A program made the position numbers and the translations under genes. A stretch of DNA of 43,133 nucleotides, from the IMG/VR virus record IMGVR_UViG_3300037479_000143, positions 1-43,133 of that record; one strand, 5' to 3'. Under the pieces are notes generated by a model, which was not told the DNA's origin, ran no database searches, and saw nothing but the letters and a program-made list of their open reading frames with translations. Shown one piece after another: positions 1 through 8,948 of the stretch (position 1 is its first letter; each line of letters begins with the position of its first letter). This DNA comes from a virus (lineage: Duplodnaviria; Caudoviricetes).

Positions 1-60
1 TGGGTGACACCATTCATCGCAGCGCGGGCAGTTGTCACCGCCTTCGGTGAGCACGTCACG
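1..60 (+). repeat. Terminal direct repeat, copy 1 (circular assembly overlap)
   Basis: Identical to 43074-43133 (TGGGTGACACC...GCACGTCACG). Confidence 0.97.
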
Positions 61-168
61 GCTTGGCCATTTCCAGCGATGTCCGCATTTGGAGCAGTGA
101 AAGTGCCGCCACCCGCTCCGACTATTGCGCCTTTCGCTGACGCGCCTGATAGGATTGGAGTTGCTCAT
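1..168 (-). CDS. Zinc-ribbon-like protein, 5' part (continues across the circular junction into 43073..42978; 87 aa in total)
   Basis: Manual translation: MSNSNPIRRVSERRNSRSGWRHFHCSKCGHRWKWPSRDVLTEGGDNCPRCDEWCHP|QPAVLDANLPC...GVGCA*. Two CxxC pairs; the frame stays open through the junction. Confidence 0.7.
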   Translation of the reverse strand, partial: MSNSNPIRRVSERRNSRSGWRHFHCSKCGHRWKWPSRDVLTEGGDNCPRCDEWCHP

Positions 169-177
169 TGCTCCATC

Positions 178-678
178 TCATATCGTCATCATTTTGTCGG
201 TGGCGTCGAGCTTCGTCGGCGCGTCTTGCAGTTCCCATAGCCATTTTAGTTGCGTCGGGTGCGTGTCCACTCGTGGGCGGGAGGCTCTTGTCCACTTGCC
301 GCCACCGCGTTCGCCCACGAGCCGGAAGCCAGCGCCTCTTAGGCTTCCGCCACCTTCTTCGGGCAGCGTGTAAGTTATTAGCCGCCTGTATCCCATTGCT
401 CTTGCGGCCCGCCACGCGGCGCGGTAGAGCATCGAGCATCCATTCGCCACACCATCCGTGCAGCATCTGTTAACCTCCAGCGTCCATCCGTTGTCTGCCA
501 TCCGGCTTACTGGTCTGCCCACGATTGCTACGCCTCGCACTTTCCCGGAGTCGTCCGCAAGGGCGATGCTGTATTTGTGACCGGTTACGGGGTCGTGATG
601 TCGGTGGTGTTCAGTCACGTAGGCATTTGCTTCTTCAAGGCTTGTGGGAACAATCCGCAGCCGAACACGTGCGCTCAT
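178..678 (-). CDS. XF1762-family / Mom-like GNAT-fold putative DNA-modification protein
   Basis: Motifs EANAYVTEHHRHH, GVAIVGRPVSR, LEVNRCCTDG, CSMLYRAAWRAARAMGYRRLITYTL, SLRGAGF. Start trimmed to the ATG at 678. Confidence 0.8.
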   Translation of the reverse strand: MSARVRLRIVPTSLEEANAYVTEHHRHHDPVTGHKYSIALADDSGKVRGVAIVGRPVSRMADNGWTLEVNRCCTDGVANGCSMLYRAAWRAARAMGYRRLITYTLPEEGGGSLRGAGFRLVGERGGGKWTRASRPRVDTHPTQLKWLWELQDAPTKLDATDKMMTI

Positions 679-832
679 GGCTGTTCGCTCAGCTTTGTCG
701 TTATCAGAGCCGAGAAGAAGGATGCGCCCCTCGGCGGATCGTCGGCCTCGATCCATGTTTATGCAGCCGCGAAAAATGGGAGCGGAGCAGTGAGTGGGCT
801 TGTTGCATCGTCTCCGCGTTCTTGATGATTTT

Positions 833-1117
833 TTACCCTGGAAGCCCTCCGCCGGGCTTGCTCGGCGGGGCAAGCAGATGGGCCAATTGCGCGATCAGGA
901 TGTTACAGGCATGAACGCTGCCCTGCCCATGCGCAAGCCGGCCGTAGTCGCCGGCCATTTCCTGACGGCTGCCGGAGTTAATCCACATCTCCCGGCTCCG
1001 CTCAAGCCAGGCCACCACCGCGCTGAAGCGGGGATCGTGACCGAGCATTTCCAGATCGCTCTCCGCCTGCTCCCTGGAGAGCTTCAGTGCCAACTGCCTG
1101 TGCTGTTCGTAGGTCAT
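833..1117 (-). CDS. Hypothetical phage protein downstream of portal
   Basis: ATG at 1117 overlaps the stop of 1114..1335 (ATGA). Helical protein, MTYEQHRQLAL...RLAHGQGSVHA. Confidence 0.65.
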   Translation of the reverse strand: MTYEQHRQLALKLSREQAESDLEMLGHDPRFSAVVAWLERSREMWINSGSRQEMAGDYGRLAHGQGSVHACNILIAQLAHLLAPPSKPGGGLPG

Positions 1118-1335
1118 ACCGCTGTGGTCAGGTGAATCCGCCGGCGGTAGGCGCCTCGGCCCAGTGGGTAGAAATCCCATCTCTCCCGTTGGTGTTCTTC
1201 CGCCCTCAAGGGAGACACCCCGGCGTGGGAATAATTCGTCTCCTTTCGCTGAATCAATTCGTCAATGTCTTTAGCCAGTCGCCACTCGTCGATCTGCTCA
1301 GGCGTTAATCGGATGATGTTCGTGTTCGCGCTCAC
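1114..1335 (-). CDS. Hypothetical protein
   Basis: Start overlaps the portal stop (GTGA); translationally coupled on both sides. Confidence 0.55.
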   Translation of the reverse strand: MSANTNIIRLTPEQIDEWRLAKDIDELIQRKETNYSHAGVSPLRAEEHQRERWDFYPLGRGAYRRRIHLTTAV

Positions 1336-3554
1336 GCGCCGAGCCTCCCGATGATGGCGTTCTCGCGCTGCTGCATCTGGAACTGAAGTTGTTTGACCCG
1401 CTTCTCCGTCACTTCCCTCACCCGGTCGTCCCGTTGATATGCCTCTTGCGCCTTCGGATTGGTGGCGAAGATGTTTTCCAGCACCTTGAGGCGCAGATCG
1501 TAGGCTTGGCCTTCGGGTTTCACGTCCACGTCCACGCCCGCCATGAGCTTGGCGAAAACCGTCTGCTCGTCCTCGATCTCGGCTTGGCTGGCGTCCAGCG
1601 CGGGGCGGAGGATGCGCTCGCCAATGTCGGGATCGATCAGCTCGAAGATCACGTCGAGGGCCTGATTGCGGTCCACGCGCCCGGTGGTGTCCATCATCAA
1701 CGCCTTCTCGATGAGGCCCAGCTTGGCCGTCACCACTTCGTTGTCCAGGTCCGCCACGTTGAAGCCCACGCTCACGTCGAAGGAGCCTTGAATCTCCTCC
1801 TTGGTCGCCTTGAGCGGCTTGGGCTGGCTGCTACCAACGACTCGGAAGTAAATCTCCTCCGGGAGAAATTGCTGGCAGAGCTTGAAGATGTGCGTGTCCA
1901 CGCGCGCCAGCCCGTTCATCCAGTTGTTGCTGAGATCCTGGCGCATGATCTGGGCTTGCACCGCGTTTTGCTCGTCCACCGGCCGGCCAAAGTATTCGTC
2001 GGCGAAACGGCGGACGCTTTCCTCGACTTCCTGCGAGCCAGGATCGTATTTCGGTATGTCCAGGAAGCCGTAATCCTCGCGGTTGATGGTGGGGATCTGG
2101 ACGCCCGGCCCCCACTTGTCCGGCGCCAGGCCACTAGGGTAGTAGCTGGGCGGCAGCGTGGCCAGGCTGGCGCGGTCCACGCGCGCATCCCATTGCGTCT
2201 TAATCTGCTGCTGCCAGGTGAAGGCCACTTCGCCATAACCCCGCGCGTCATCGAGTAATCGCGAGCGGGATTCGCGCTCGATATGGATGAAGGGCAACTC
2301 ACCGTGGTCGTAGTCGAGCAGACCGTGATAGGCTTTGCCGGTGGTGACGCGCGGGTTGAAGCATGTGTAGTAGATCCCCGGCACCCCATCGGCGTCGTGG
2401 AGCCGGCGGTAGGCGTGGACGACTTCAAACAGATGCTTGGTCGTCAAGAGGCCGCTGCTGGTCACCGTGGTCGAACGCAGGGCGCCGCGGTTGTATTGCG
2501 CCTCGATGTCCAGGGTGACGTTACCGCGCTGGGTCCGCAGCATCTCCTTGATCCACTTGCCGTCCCAGCCGTGCGAGTGCTCCCGTTCTACTAATTGCGA
2601 CTCGCTTAGCAGTTCCCTGCGATAGACGCCGCGCGTGGTTTGCATGTCCGTGGTGTCCGGCGGAATGAAAACCTCCTCATTCGGACGCAGGGCCACGACG
2701 CATGGGCGGTTCTTGAAGACTTGCGGGCGCGGCAGCCTGGTCGAGCCGGTTTCGCGCAGCTCGCGCAAGGCGGCGCGCAGCCGGGCGGGGCGCACCGTCG
2801 GGAAAGCCACCTTCAGGGCATCGACTGCCTGCGCCTCCAGCGTCGGGTCCTGGATGAGCATGGGCAGGCGGACGATCAATTCCTCCTCCGGCCCCAATTC
2901 CTGGCCCTGCTGCGCCGCCGCCTGCAATTCCAGCGCGATGGCCGACAGATCCTCCAGGTCCAATTCCTGATAGGCCAGTTGCACCTGACGTTCCCAGAAC
3001 ACGCCGAACACGCACGCGCCATTCTCCAGAAGGTAATTTGCGCCCAGGCGCCGCTCGCGGGGCAGCTCGATCATCTGCGTCTGCTTGATCCAGCGCAGCA
3101 GATTGGTGGCGCGATGGGCGAAGGCGGCGTCATTGGACTCCGTGCCATTGACCAGCACGCGCATCCGATCCGCCACCACCATGAGGAAGGCCACGTCTTC
3201 GTTGATGTATTTGTCCACCAGCCCGACCCGCGCATCGGACGCGCCGGGCCACGGGAATGGCTTCTGGCCAAGGGCCGCGCTCCACTTCTTGCCGTCGCGG
3301 GACTGGTGGGGCCAGACGCAATAACGGGCCTCGTAGTTGAGGCGTTGCCGGTTGAAAATGCTCCGATCCCGCCGCTCGATGGCGTCTAAAAATTGCTCAC
3401 GCAATTCGGGCAGGTTGGGTTCGGCCAGGGCCAGTTCCTTTTGCACGCGCTTCATGGTGGACACGCCCATAGCACGAGCCTGTTCCCCGTGGAACAGGCT
3501 CGCGCCACAAACGAGCGCAAGCAGGCACAAGAAGACGCAAGTAGCCGGCTTCAT
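1332..3554 (-). CDS. Portal (head-tail connector) protein
   Basis: About 710-740 aa, helical. PFPWPGASDARV near the N-terminus, YDHGELPFI, RGYGEV, DRASLATLPP; Q-rich coiled C-terminus typical of podoviral portals. Start uncertain (3554, 3470 or 3455). Confidence 0.85.
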   Translation of the reverse strand: MKPATCVFLCLLALVCGASLFHGEQARAMGVSTMKRVQKELALAEPNLPELREQFLDAIERRDRSIFNRQRLNYEARYCVWPHQSRDGKKWSAALGQKPFPWPGASDARVGLVDKYINEDVAFLMVVADRMRVLVNGTESNDAAFAHRATNLLRWIKQTQMIELPRERRLGANYLLENGACVFGVFWERQVQLAYQELDLEDLSAIALELQAAAQQGQELGPEEELIVRLPMLIQDPTLEAQAVDALKVAFPTVRPARLRAALRELRETGSTRLPRPQVFKNRPCVVALRPNEEVFIPPDTTDMQTTRGVYRRELLSESQLVEREHSHGWDGKWIKEMLRTQRGNVTLDIEAQYNRGALRSTTVTSSGLLTTKHLFEVVHAYRRLHDADGVPGIYYTCFNPRVTTGKAYHGLLDYDHGELPFIHIERESRSRLLDDARGYGEVAFTWQQQIKTQWDARVDRASLATLPPSYYPSGLAPDKWGPGVQIPTINREDYGFLDIPKYDPGSQEVEESVRRFADEYFGRPVDEQNAVQAQIMRQDLSNNWMNGLARVDTHIFKLCQQFLPEEIYFRVVGSSQPKPLKATKEEIQGSFDVSVGFNVADLDNEVVTAKLGLIEKALMMDTTGRVDRNQALDVIFELIDPDIGERILRPALDASQAEIEDEQTVFAKLMAGVDVDVKPEGQAYDLRLKVLENIFATNPKAQEAYQRDDRVREVTEKRVKQLQFQMQQRENAIIGRLGA

Positions 3555-3742
3555 GTTCGCTCCCACGGTTCGAGGTAGTCCAGGCCGAGCAGTTCAAAGA
3601 CGGCGCGCTCGGATTTCACGGGAATGATTTCCCCCTTCGCATCGGTGAAGCCGGCTCCGCAGGGGTTCCATTTCCAGCCGCGCGCCTGCGCGGCGCTGGC
3701 GATGCGCGCGCGGCGATGGCGGGCGCGGGCGCGGGTTTTCAT
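3551..3742 (-). CDS. Stand-alone PolX / DNA polymerase beta thumb-like fragment (63 aa), possibly a remnant
   Basis: IASAAQARGWKWNPCGAGF...IPVKSERAVFELLGLDYLEPWER resembles the PolX C-terminal thumb pattern (E..I/VF..LGL.Y..P..R). No palm domain. ATGA overlaps at both ends. Confidence 0.65.
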   Translation of the reverse strand: MKTRARARHRRARIASAAQARGWKWNPCGAGFTDAKGEIIPVKSERAVFELLGLDYLEPWERT

Positions 3743-4665
3743 CTCTCGTCTTGGTCTGTGAGCCAATCAAAGTTTTTGGCCAATAGCAGTTCCGTCTTGG
3801 TGAGATTCTGGCGGGTCAGCATTTTGACGGCGCGAAAGCTGAAGCCGTATTCTGCGGCGAGCGCGCGAATCTCCGACGAGTCATTGTAGGTGAGCAGAAC
3901 ACGGTTCTTGAGCCGCTCGGCGACTTGGAACAAGCGCCGGTGGTCAATTGTGCCGCAAGCATAAAGGCGGCGTCCCACGTTTGGGTACGGCGGATCTATG
4001 AAGGTCGCAGATGATTGTTTGTTCAACTCATCCGCCTGTTTTTCCAGCCACTCCAATCCGTCGCCTGAAATGAACGAGATACGGTCCTTGAGCTTGTTGA
4101 TGCTCCGAATGCGTGCCGCCAACGTGTCGGGATACCAGCGCGATTTCAGACCGTTGTCGTCCTCGCCACGTTTCAAAAGTCCCGCTCCTGGCGCAAGGAT
4201 ACCTCCGTGGTTCATACGATTACGAAGCAGAGTCAGCCACGCACGTCGCCGCGTGGACCGCGGTCGTCGGCCCAACTGTTCCAACACAGTTTTTCGCTGT
4301 ACTTTGAAGGACTTTAATTGCTGACACAGCCACTCCGCCTGACCATTCAAGGCGGCGTCCCAAACTGCTGCGACCTCCTCATCCAATTCAATCATCGTCG
4401 CACGCTTCGCAAGCCCTTCAGAAACGGACATCAGGGTCACACTGCCGCCGCCGGCGAATGCCTCAACCAAATGGTCCACGCCGCCCGCGAGCCACTGCTG
4501 AATAAATGGGCGAAGCCAACTCTTGCCTCCAGGATATCGAAACGGCGACAGCAATCGCTTTTGCTTGGGCGCGGCATCCGCGAAGCCAGGCGCAACCCCG
4601 GCGCGCTCAAATTCAGCGAAGGCATAATCCTTGTTGGCCGGGTAACGGCTGTAATCCATTGGCAT
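3739..4665 (-). CDS. D12-class (Dam-family) N6-adenine DNA methyltransferase, orphan
   Basis: SPFRYPGGKSWL, EAFAGGGSV (motif I), FIDPPY (motif IV), LLTYND, TELL. No adjacent endonuclease. Confidence 0.92.
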   Translation of the reverse strand: MPMDYSRYPANKDYAFAEFERAGVAPGFADAAPKQKRLLSPFRYPGGKSWLRPFIQQWLAGGVDHLVEAFAGGGSVTLMSVSEGLAKRATMIELDEEVAAVWDAALNGQAEWLCQQLKSFKVQRKTVLEQLGRRPRSTRRRAWLTLLRNRMNHGGILAPGAGLLKRGEDDNGLKSRWYPDTLAARIRSINKLKDRISFISGDGLEWLEKQADELNKQSSATFIDPPYPNVGRRLYACGTIDHRRLFQVAERLKNRVLLTYNDSSEIRALAAEYGFSFRAVKMLTRQNLTKTELLLAKNFDWLTDQDER

Positions 4666-4670
4666 AGCTG

Positions 4671-5546
4671 TTAGCGTTGTACCAAGGCCCGGATCTTGTT
4701 GCGCAAGGGGACGTTCAGGCCGGCCAACCACTCCACCGCCTCGACGTGCGGACGCAAGACGGATGGGGCCGAATTCGTGTCCCAGGCGCGCAGAGAAGCG
4801 CACAGAGCTTTGAGATAGAGTTCGGTCAGCATTCTGCCCCGGTGATTCTCCAGCCAACGAAAGAGCAGATGCACCGCCCCGCCCTTGCTCGCCGTGTGCT
4901 GGAGCAGTTCTTCCGCGAAGGCCAGCGCCTTAACAGGTCTTGCCGTGTGGTAGTAAGCCAGCGGGCCGACGTTGCGCGGTTGAAACCGCTTGGCCGGGCC
5001 GGCGGCGATGATCTTCTCGATGTTGCCTCGCAAGCTGCATCCATCCAGGATTTCCAATACCGTGCTGATGGTCAGTACGGGGTTGCCGGTTCCGCTCCAC
5101 GCCGTCCGGGCAATGAAGCGTGCCGTGCTCGCCCACGCGGGCGCGTGGGCCATGCCGCGCAGGTGCAGCATCTCGCCAACGGATCGTGCCCGGCCGGTGT
5201 CAATCACATCGATCATCCCAACTTCAACCCCCTTCTCCTCCACCGGCCAGCCCCGGGATACCGTCATTCTAACCGACAGCCCCGCCCGCCGAATGGCTTC
5301 GAGTCGATGCTGGCCGTCCAACAGGTTGTCGGCAACATCAAACACGATGGGCTGCGGCGTCAGCCGCCAAAAGCCTCGCTTGATTTCGTTGGTGTACTTG
5401 TTCACGACGGCTTTGCAGATCGGCCGTTGTCGATGTTTGCGGCTGCTCAGCCGGCGGTAGTGTTCGTCCATGATCTCCCCCGCTTGCCGGGGCGTGATCA
5501 TTTCGATGGTCGTTGTCATTTTGTGTCCTTTCCGCCACGAGTTCAT
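4671..5546 (-). CDS. ParB/Srx-like N-terminal (DGQHR) domain protein
   Basis: QRPI...V.KY..EIKRGFW.LTPQPIVFD...LLDGQHRLEAI...IDTGRARS. Alternative start at 5519 has an AAGGA Shine-Dalgarno. Confidence 0.75.
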   Translation of the reverse strand: MNSWRKGHKMTTTIEMITPRQAGEIMDEHYRRLSSRKHRQRPICKAVVNKYTNEIKRGFWRLTPQPIVFDVADNLLDGQHRLEAIRRAGLSVRMTVSRGWPVEEKGVEVGMIDVIDTGRARSVGEMLHLRGMAHAPAWASTARFIARTAWSGTGNPVLTISTVLEILDGCSLRGNIEKIIAAGPAKRFQPRNVGPLAYYHTARPVKALAFAEELLQHTASKGGAVHLLFRWLENHRGRMLTELYLKALCASLRAWDTNSAPSVLRPHVEAVEWLAGLNVPLRNKIRALVQR

Positions 5547-5755
5547 CTCATGGCAAATCCACCCAGGCGCGCAGCGTCGCGCTTGTAATACTTGCGGTAA
5601 CTCTTCGCCCTTCCGGGCGCGACCGGGCCGCGATGCCAGTCAAGCACGCCGGCAATAATCATCTCGGCGATCTTGTGCCGGGTCAGTCCGGTGACGCTCA
5701 CGAATTGCTGCAACGAAAGCAGCCCCGGCAGCTTGTCGAATTGTTCTTGGGTCAT
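5543..5755 (-). CDS. Small HTH DNA-binding protein (AlpA/excisionase-like)
   Basis: LLSLQQFVSVTGLTRHKIAEMIIAG...RKYYKRD; ATGA-coupled to the next gene. Confidence 0.6.
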   Translation of the reverse strand: MTQEQFDKLPGLLSLQQFVSVTGLTRHKIAEMIIAGVLDWHRGPVAPGRAKSYRKYYKRDAARLGGFAMR

Positions 5756-5783
5756 GGGGCCGGTGGCAGGAAGTTTCTACCCA

Positions 5784-7739
5784 TCAGTATGTCCCCCCAC
5801 CAGTGGTTTGCAGCGCCGCTGCGTCCAGGTGGCGCAGCCTGGCCAGCGCCATGTAGCGGGCCAAATCCACGAAATCCTTGCAGGCGCCCATCTCGCCACC
5901 GTTGCCGGTGTAGTTCTGCATCGCCCAGATGAACTGCCGACACTCGTCGCTGACGTGGAGGCGTGGCTCGTTGAGCAGGGGCACCAGGGGTTCCTCGTTG
6001 TTAAAGAACAGCAGGTCGTTGATGGCGGTGATCCCTTCCTCGATGTCCACGCCGCTGGCCAGCCGGAAGCGCATGGGCGCCGCCGCGATCTCGTCGCTGG
6101 CGGGCTTCTTGTGGGGCCGGGCCAGCTCGTCCACGATGCAGGTTCCACCCTTCTCGGCAGCGTGCTGGTTCTTGCCGGCACGCGGGTCGATGTAGCGGTC
6201 CTGGATGGTTTCCTGGAGCGTGGCCGTCCAGGTCAACGGCGTGTTCACCGGCTCGCCGGTCTGCGTATGAATGTTTGCCGTGACAATGAATCCCTCCTCG
6301 CGCGCCCGCTCCTCGACGAGACGGCGCCGATAGGGATCGCGCTCGATGATTTGACCGCCCGCGACGCGCGCCTCGAAGGTCTCTTGCCGGAGGAAGAGCT
6401 GCTTGTATTGGACGATTCCGTAGCCCAGGGCGCGTTGGGCGGGGCCGGGATCTCCATCCCAGCCCCGCCGGGTGTCCGCCGTGATCTCCCGCTCCGTGGG
6501 AACCGCCCATTCTCCATACTGCTGCTCCGGCGGCCAATCGCGATACACGTAATACCTGGGCGGGTTGCCCGGCGCCACACGCACCCAGATGGTGGCCCAA
6601 TTCCGCCCGCCGGCAGGATCGGTGAACATGTAGTTGGTGCCCGTCGCCGGCAGGTGCTCCGGCTTGATGACGTTCCACGCCCCGAAGTATGGAAACCGCC
6701 GCTCCGCCACATCGCGCGAGAAGCCATAGGCGCGCCGCTCGATGTATTCGCTGGGCTTGCCTCGGCACAGTGCGCGGATGTTTTCGTAGTGGTTGCCGAA
6801 CGGGTTGAGGATGGAGTGGAAGTAGATCGCTCGGGCCTTCTCGAAGAACGGCTCGACCACGTAGGGCATGTGCCCGACGGGCAGCCCGGTGACGTTCACC
6901 CGATCCGGCAGCAGCTCGGCAAAGCGGCTTTCCACCACCCGCCCGGTCGATCCCATCAACTCCTTGATCGTCGGCGTGATGCCGTTAACCGGCGTGTAGG
7001 TCCAGATCAACTTGGCCGACCGCGACACCAGGCGCAGCTTGAGCATATTCAGCCAGGGCAGTGTCATGTTTTCGTCCGCCCAGCAGCCAATGCGCGCCAG
7101 CGTGTTCCTGGCCCCCAACTCCAGACCCTCGAAGTCTCCGGGCCTCTGCCCGTAGGTCAGAAAGTAGATTTCGGACTTGTTTGGGAGCACGAGCTTGCCG
7201 TCGGTGAACCCGTTGGCCTGCGAGTACTTCACCTTATGGACCGGATGCGCCCGCCCGTTGAGCGCCTGAAGCTCCGGCGGCAGGTAGCGCCAGACGTATT
7301 TCTGTTGGAGCGCCACACTGGCCTTCTCGTTTTCGTGCAGGCAGAAGATCACGCTCTCCGGGTGGTTCACGGCGTCGGCCACCGTGCGTTTGGCCGCGTA
7401 TTCAGATTTGCCAGCTCGATTACCACCAAAGATCATCAAAATGAGTATCTGCATCGCCAACAGATGGTCCGCGTCCTTCCAGTGGTCCGGTTCCGTGCCG
7501 TAGGCGAAGGGATTTTCCTCGCTCAAGCGGATCAAGGTCTCTCGCTTGGCGTAGTATTCGGCCAGGCGGGCGTCGCCATCCGGTTGGCTCAACCAGTAAC
7601 GCAGCGTTTCGGGCGGCGGCACAGGCAGCAACGGATGCGGCGTCCAGACGAGGCTCGAAGGGGTGCCGGCCTTGCGGCCAGCCTCCTCGCCGGACGCCGT
7701 GCCCTGAAGTGGGCAATCCGTTGCCACGCCAACGCTCAT
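5784..7739 (-). CDS. terL: Terminase large subunit
   Basis: Walker A FGGNRAGKS, Walker B CWADE, coupling motif TYTP, SILNPF; nuclease-domain acidic residues in DPAGGRNW and KDFVD. Confidence 0.92.
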   Translation of the reverse strand: MSVGVATDCPLQGTASGEEAGRKAGTPSSLVWTPHPLLPVPPPETLRYWLSQPDGDARLAEYYAKRETLIRLSEENPFAYGTEPDHWKDADHLLAMQILILMIFGGNRAGKSEYAAKRTVADAVNHPESVIFCLHENEKASVALQQKYVWRYLPPELQALNGRAHPVHKVKYSQANGFTDGKLVLPNKSEIYFLTYGQRPGDFEGLELGARNTLARIGCWADENMTLPWLNMLKLRLVSRSAKLIWTYTPVNGITPTIKELMGSTGRVVESRFAELLPDRVNVTGLPVGHMPYVVEPFFEKARAIYFHSILNPFGNHYENIRALCRGKPSEYIERRAYGFSRDVAERRFPYFGAWNVIKPEHLPATGTNYMFTDPAGGRNWATIWVRVAPGNPPRYYVYRDWPPEQQYGEWAVPTEREITADTRRGWDGDPGPAQRALGYGIVQYKQLFLRQETFEARVAGGQIIERDPYRRRLVEERAREEGFIVTANIHTQTGEPVNTPLTWTATLQETIQDRYIDPRAGKNQHAAEKGGTCIVDELARPHKKPASDEIAAAPMRFRLASGVDIEEGITAINDLLFFNNEEPLVPLLNEPRLHVSDECRQFIWAMQNYTGNGGEMGACKDFVDLARYMALARLRHLDAAALQTTGGGTY

Positions 7740-7748
7740 GGTTTCTTG

Positions 7749-8567
7749 CTAGGCATAAGTTCCTTGATGCGGATCGATGGCGGTGCCTGCCTTGATCTCG
7801 GACGCCAGCACGCTGTTCAGTTGATCCATCAGGACATGGAGCTTGAGCAGATCGAATTGGAAGAGCAGCCTGGCGTCCTCGATCTTGTAGCGCAGGCGCG
7901 CCTGAATCGGGTAACGTGCCGGCTCGTCAAGCACCGGGATTACCAGAGTGAACTGGCTCGGCACTTCCAGCACGCCCCGTTTCGCCTCAATGTCCTCCAC
8001 GTAGGAGAACTGGACCGTCCCGTTCTTGAGGTTCACGGCGCTTCGGAAATCGCATGTCTTCCTGGCATTCAACTCGCAGGCGATTTCGAGCAGGCTGGCG
8101 CCGTCCGGGGTGGTGATGTCCTCCGTGTTCTCTTCGATGATCTCCGCAAACCGTTCTTGCGAGAGCCATTTGCGCGCATTGCCCAGCCAGAACTGGAATT
8201 GCCGGCTGGACTTGGGAACGTAGTTTACCCGGTGTTCGCACCAGCCTGGACAATCAACGGAGTGGAAGTCGATAATGGCCGTGAACTGCCGCAAGCCAGA
8301 AGACACGGTGGACCAGAAGATGACTGTGCCGGGTTGCGCCATCGTCTTCACGTAGCGGGTGAAGCTCGTCAGGTCGTTGAATTGAATCGTCCCCTTCACG
8401 CGCTGAGGGCGCGGGAGCAATCGTTCCAGGTTTTCGATTGTATAGCCGGAGGGCACCACCACATAAGGCAGGCTGTCGCCTTCCATCATTACCCCTGTGG
8501 TGCGAGACGCGGCCAGCGCCGCGCCGGTGTCGAGGAGAATTTGTGTGTTTTGCGTGTTTTCAGTCAT
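7749..8567 (-). CDS. DUF2303 (YfdQ-like) family protein
   Basis: LERLLPRPQRVKG, SFTRYV, AIIDFH, LSQERFAEIIEEN, FRSAVNLKNG.VQFSY, ARLRYKI. Confidence 0.85.
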   Translation of the reverse strand: MTENTQNTQILLDTGAALAASRTTGVMMEGDSLPYVVVPSGYTIENLERLLPRPQRVKGTIQFNDLTSFTRYVKTMAQPGTVIFWSTVSSGLRQFTAIIDFHSVDCPGWCEHRVNYVPKSSRQFQFWLGNARKWLSQERFAEIIEENTEDITTPDGASLLEIACELNARKTCDFRSAVNLKNGTVQFSYVEDIEAKRGVLEVPSQFTLVIPVLDEPARYPIQARLRYKIEDARLLFQFDLLKLHVLMDQLNSVLASEIKAGTAIDPHQGTYA

Positions 8568-8609
8568 GGTTGTTGTAGGGTTTCATTTGTCGTTGTGCGG
8601 CAAATTGGG

Positions 8610-8948
8610 TTAAGCGGTTTTCGTTTCGACCGTCGGCAGGGCCGGCGACACTGCGCGGAGCTGGAATTCGCGCTGGCGCGGGTCCGTGCGTTGCAGTGTA
8701 TTTTCCTCGGTCGCGAAGAAGATGCTGCTGCCTCGCGCCGGCTTCGGGGTGACGCATTTCAGATCGTCTTCGAGTTGCACCGTCACCACGTCGCCCGCGC
8801 TGGCGGGTTTGATAGTGAGCTTGTAGGTAAGGCTGCCGGCCCTGCCTGTTTCCCGCACGGCCTGCACCAGCCGGGCCAGTTCTTCAGACAACTCGGCCAG
8901 GGATCGACCGTGGCGCATCTCGCGGAGGGTTTGTTCGTAGGTGTTCAT
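8610..8948 (-). CDS. Conserved phage protein that typically precedes DUF2303 (YfdP-like)
   Basis: ELSEELARLVQAVRETGRAGSLTYKLTIKP...SIFFATEENTLQRTDPRQ. Confidence 0.75.
   Translation of the reverse strand: MNTYEQTLREMRHGRSLAELSEELARLVQAVRETGRAGSLTYKLTIKPASAGDVVTVQLEDDLKCVTPKPARGSSIFFATEENTLQRTDPRQREFQLRAVSPALPTVETKTA

Noticed and set aside
1-60. Biological terminal repeat of a linear virion genome
   Set aside because: The repeat falls in the middle of an ORF and has the form of an assembler overlap; real termini cannot be inferred from it.
122-181. 19-aa coupled ORF MRWSNEQLQSYQARQRKAQ and possible TAG readthrough or recoding
   Set aside because: Readthrough meets a TGA about 22 codons later with no recognisable product, and TAG ends other genes normally (7749, 33219). 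The overlapping zinc-ribbon ORF explains the region better.
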